Assembly (NCBI RefSeq): GCF_006345805.1
Contig: NC_042997.1
Span: 49,600,001 to 49,664,000, forward strand
DNA length: 64,000 nt
DNA from: Octopus sinensis
Lineage: Eukaryota
Direction: 5' to 3'
Positions 63,993 to 64,000 of this stretch are shown here, in pieces (the first letter of the stretch is position 1; every line of letters begins with the position of its first letter). The notes under the pieces are model-generated. The model saw nothing but the letters and a program-made list of their open reading frames with translations, had not been told where the DNA came from and did no database searches. A program made the position numbers and the translations under genes.

Positions 63993-64000
63993 TTACCTAT

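Overview
AT-rich, gene-poor, repeat-dense eukaryotic DNA. The SINE families and microsatellite density suggest an octopus or other coleoid cephalopod (inference). No host gene can be called with confidence. The window is mostly transposon-derived: three families of tRNA-type SINEs, one young 5'-truncated RTE-type LINE with an unbroken RT frame and 12-bp TSD (36135-38143), a Dong/R4-like LINE 3' remnant, Penelope-like element (PLE) remnants, mariner copies, a Chapaev3-like transposon, non-autonomous Helitrons, and Tigger-, hAT- and piggyBac-like MITEs. The main hidden signal is a dispersed set of minimal type-I hammerhead ribozyme motifs with self-complementary stem III (CAATTG, CGCG, CAGCTG, CATATG, CGATCG). 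Two are fully canonical (8690-8778 minus, 49138-49192 plus), several are near-intact or decayed, and one pair is mirrored inside a 114-bp near-perfect palindrome. Also present are a 345-365 bp inverted duplication, several long hairpins and possible exon remnants at 19.9-21.9 kb. Most short ORFs are microsatellite artefacts. All calls were made by eye and family names are not database-verified.
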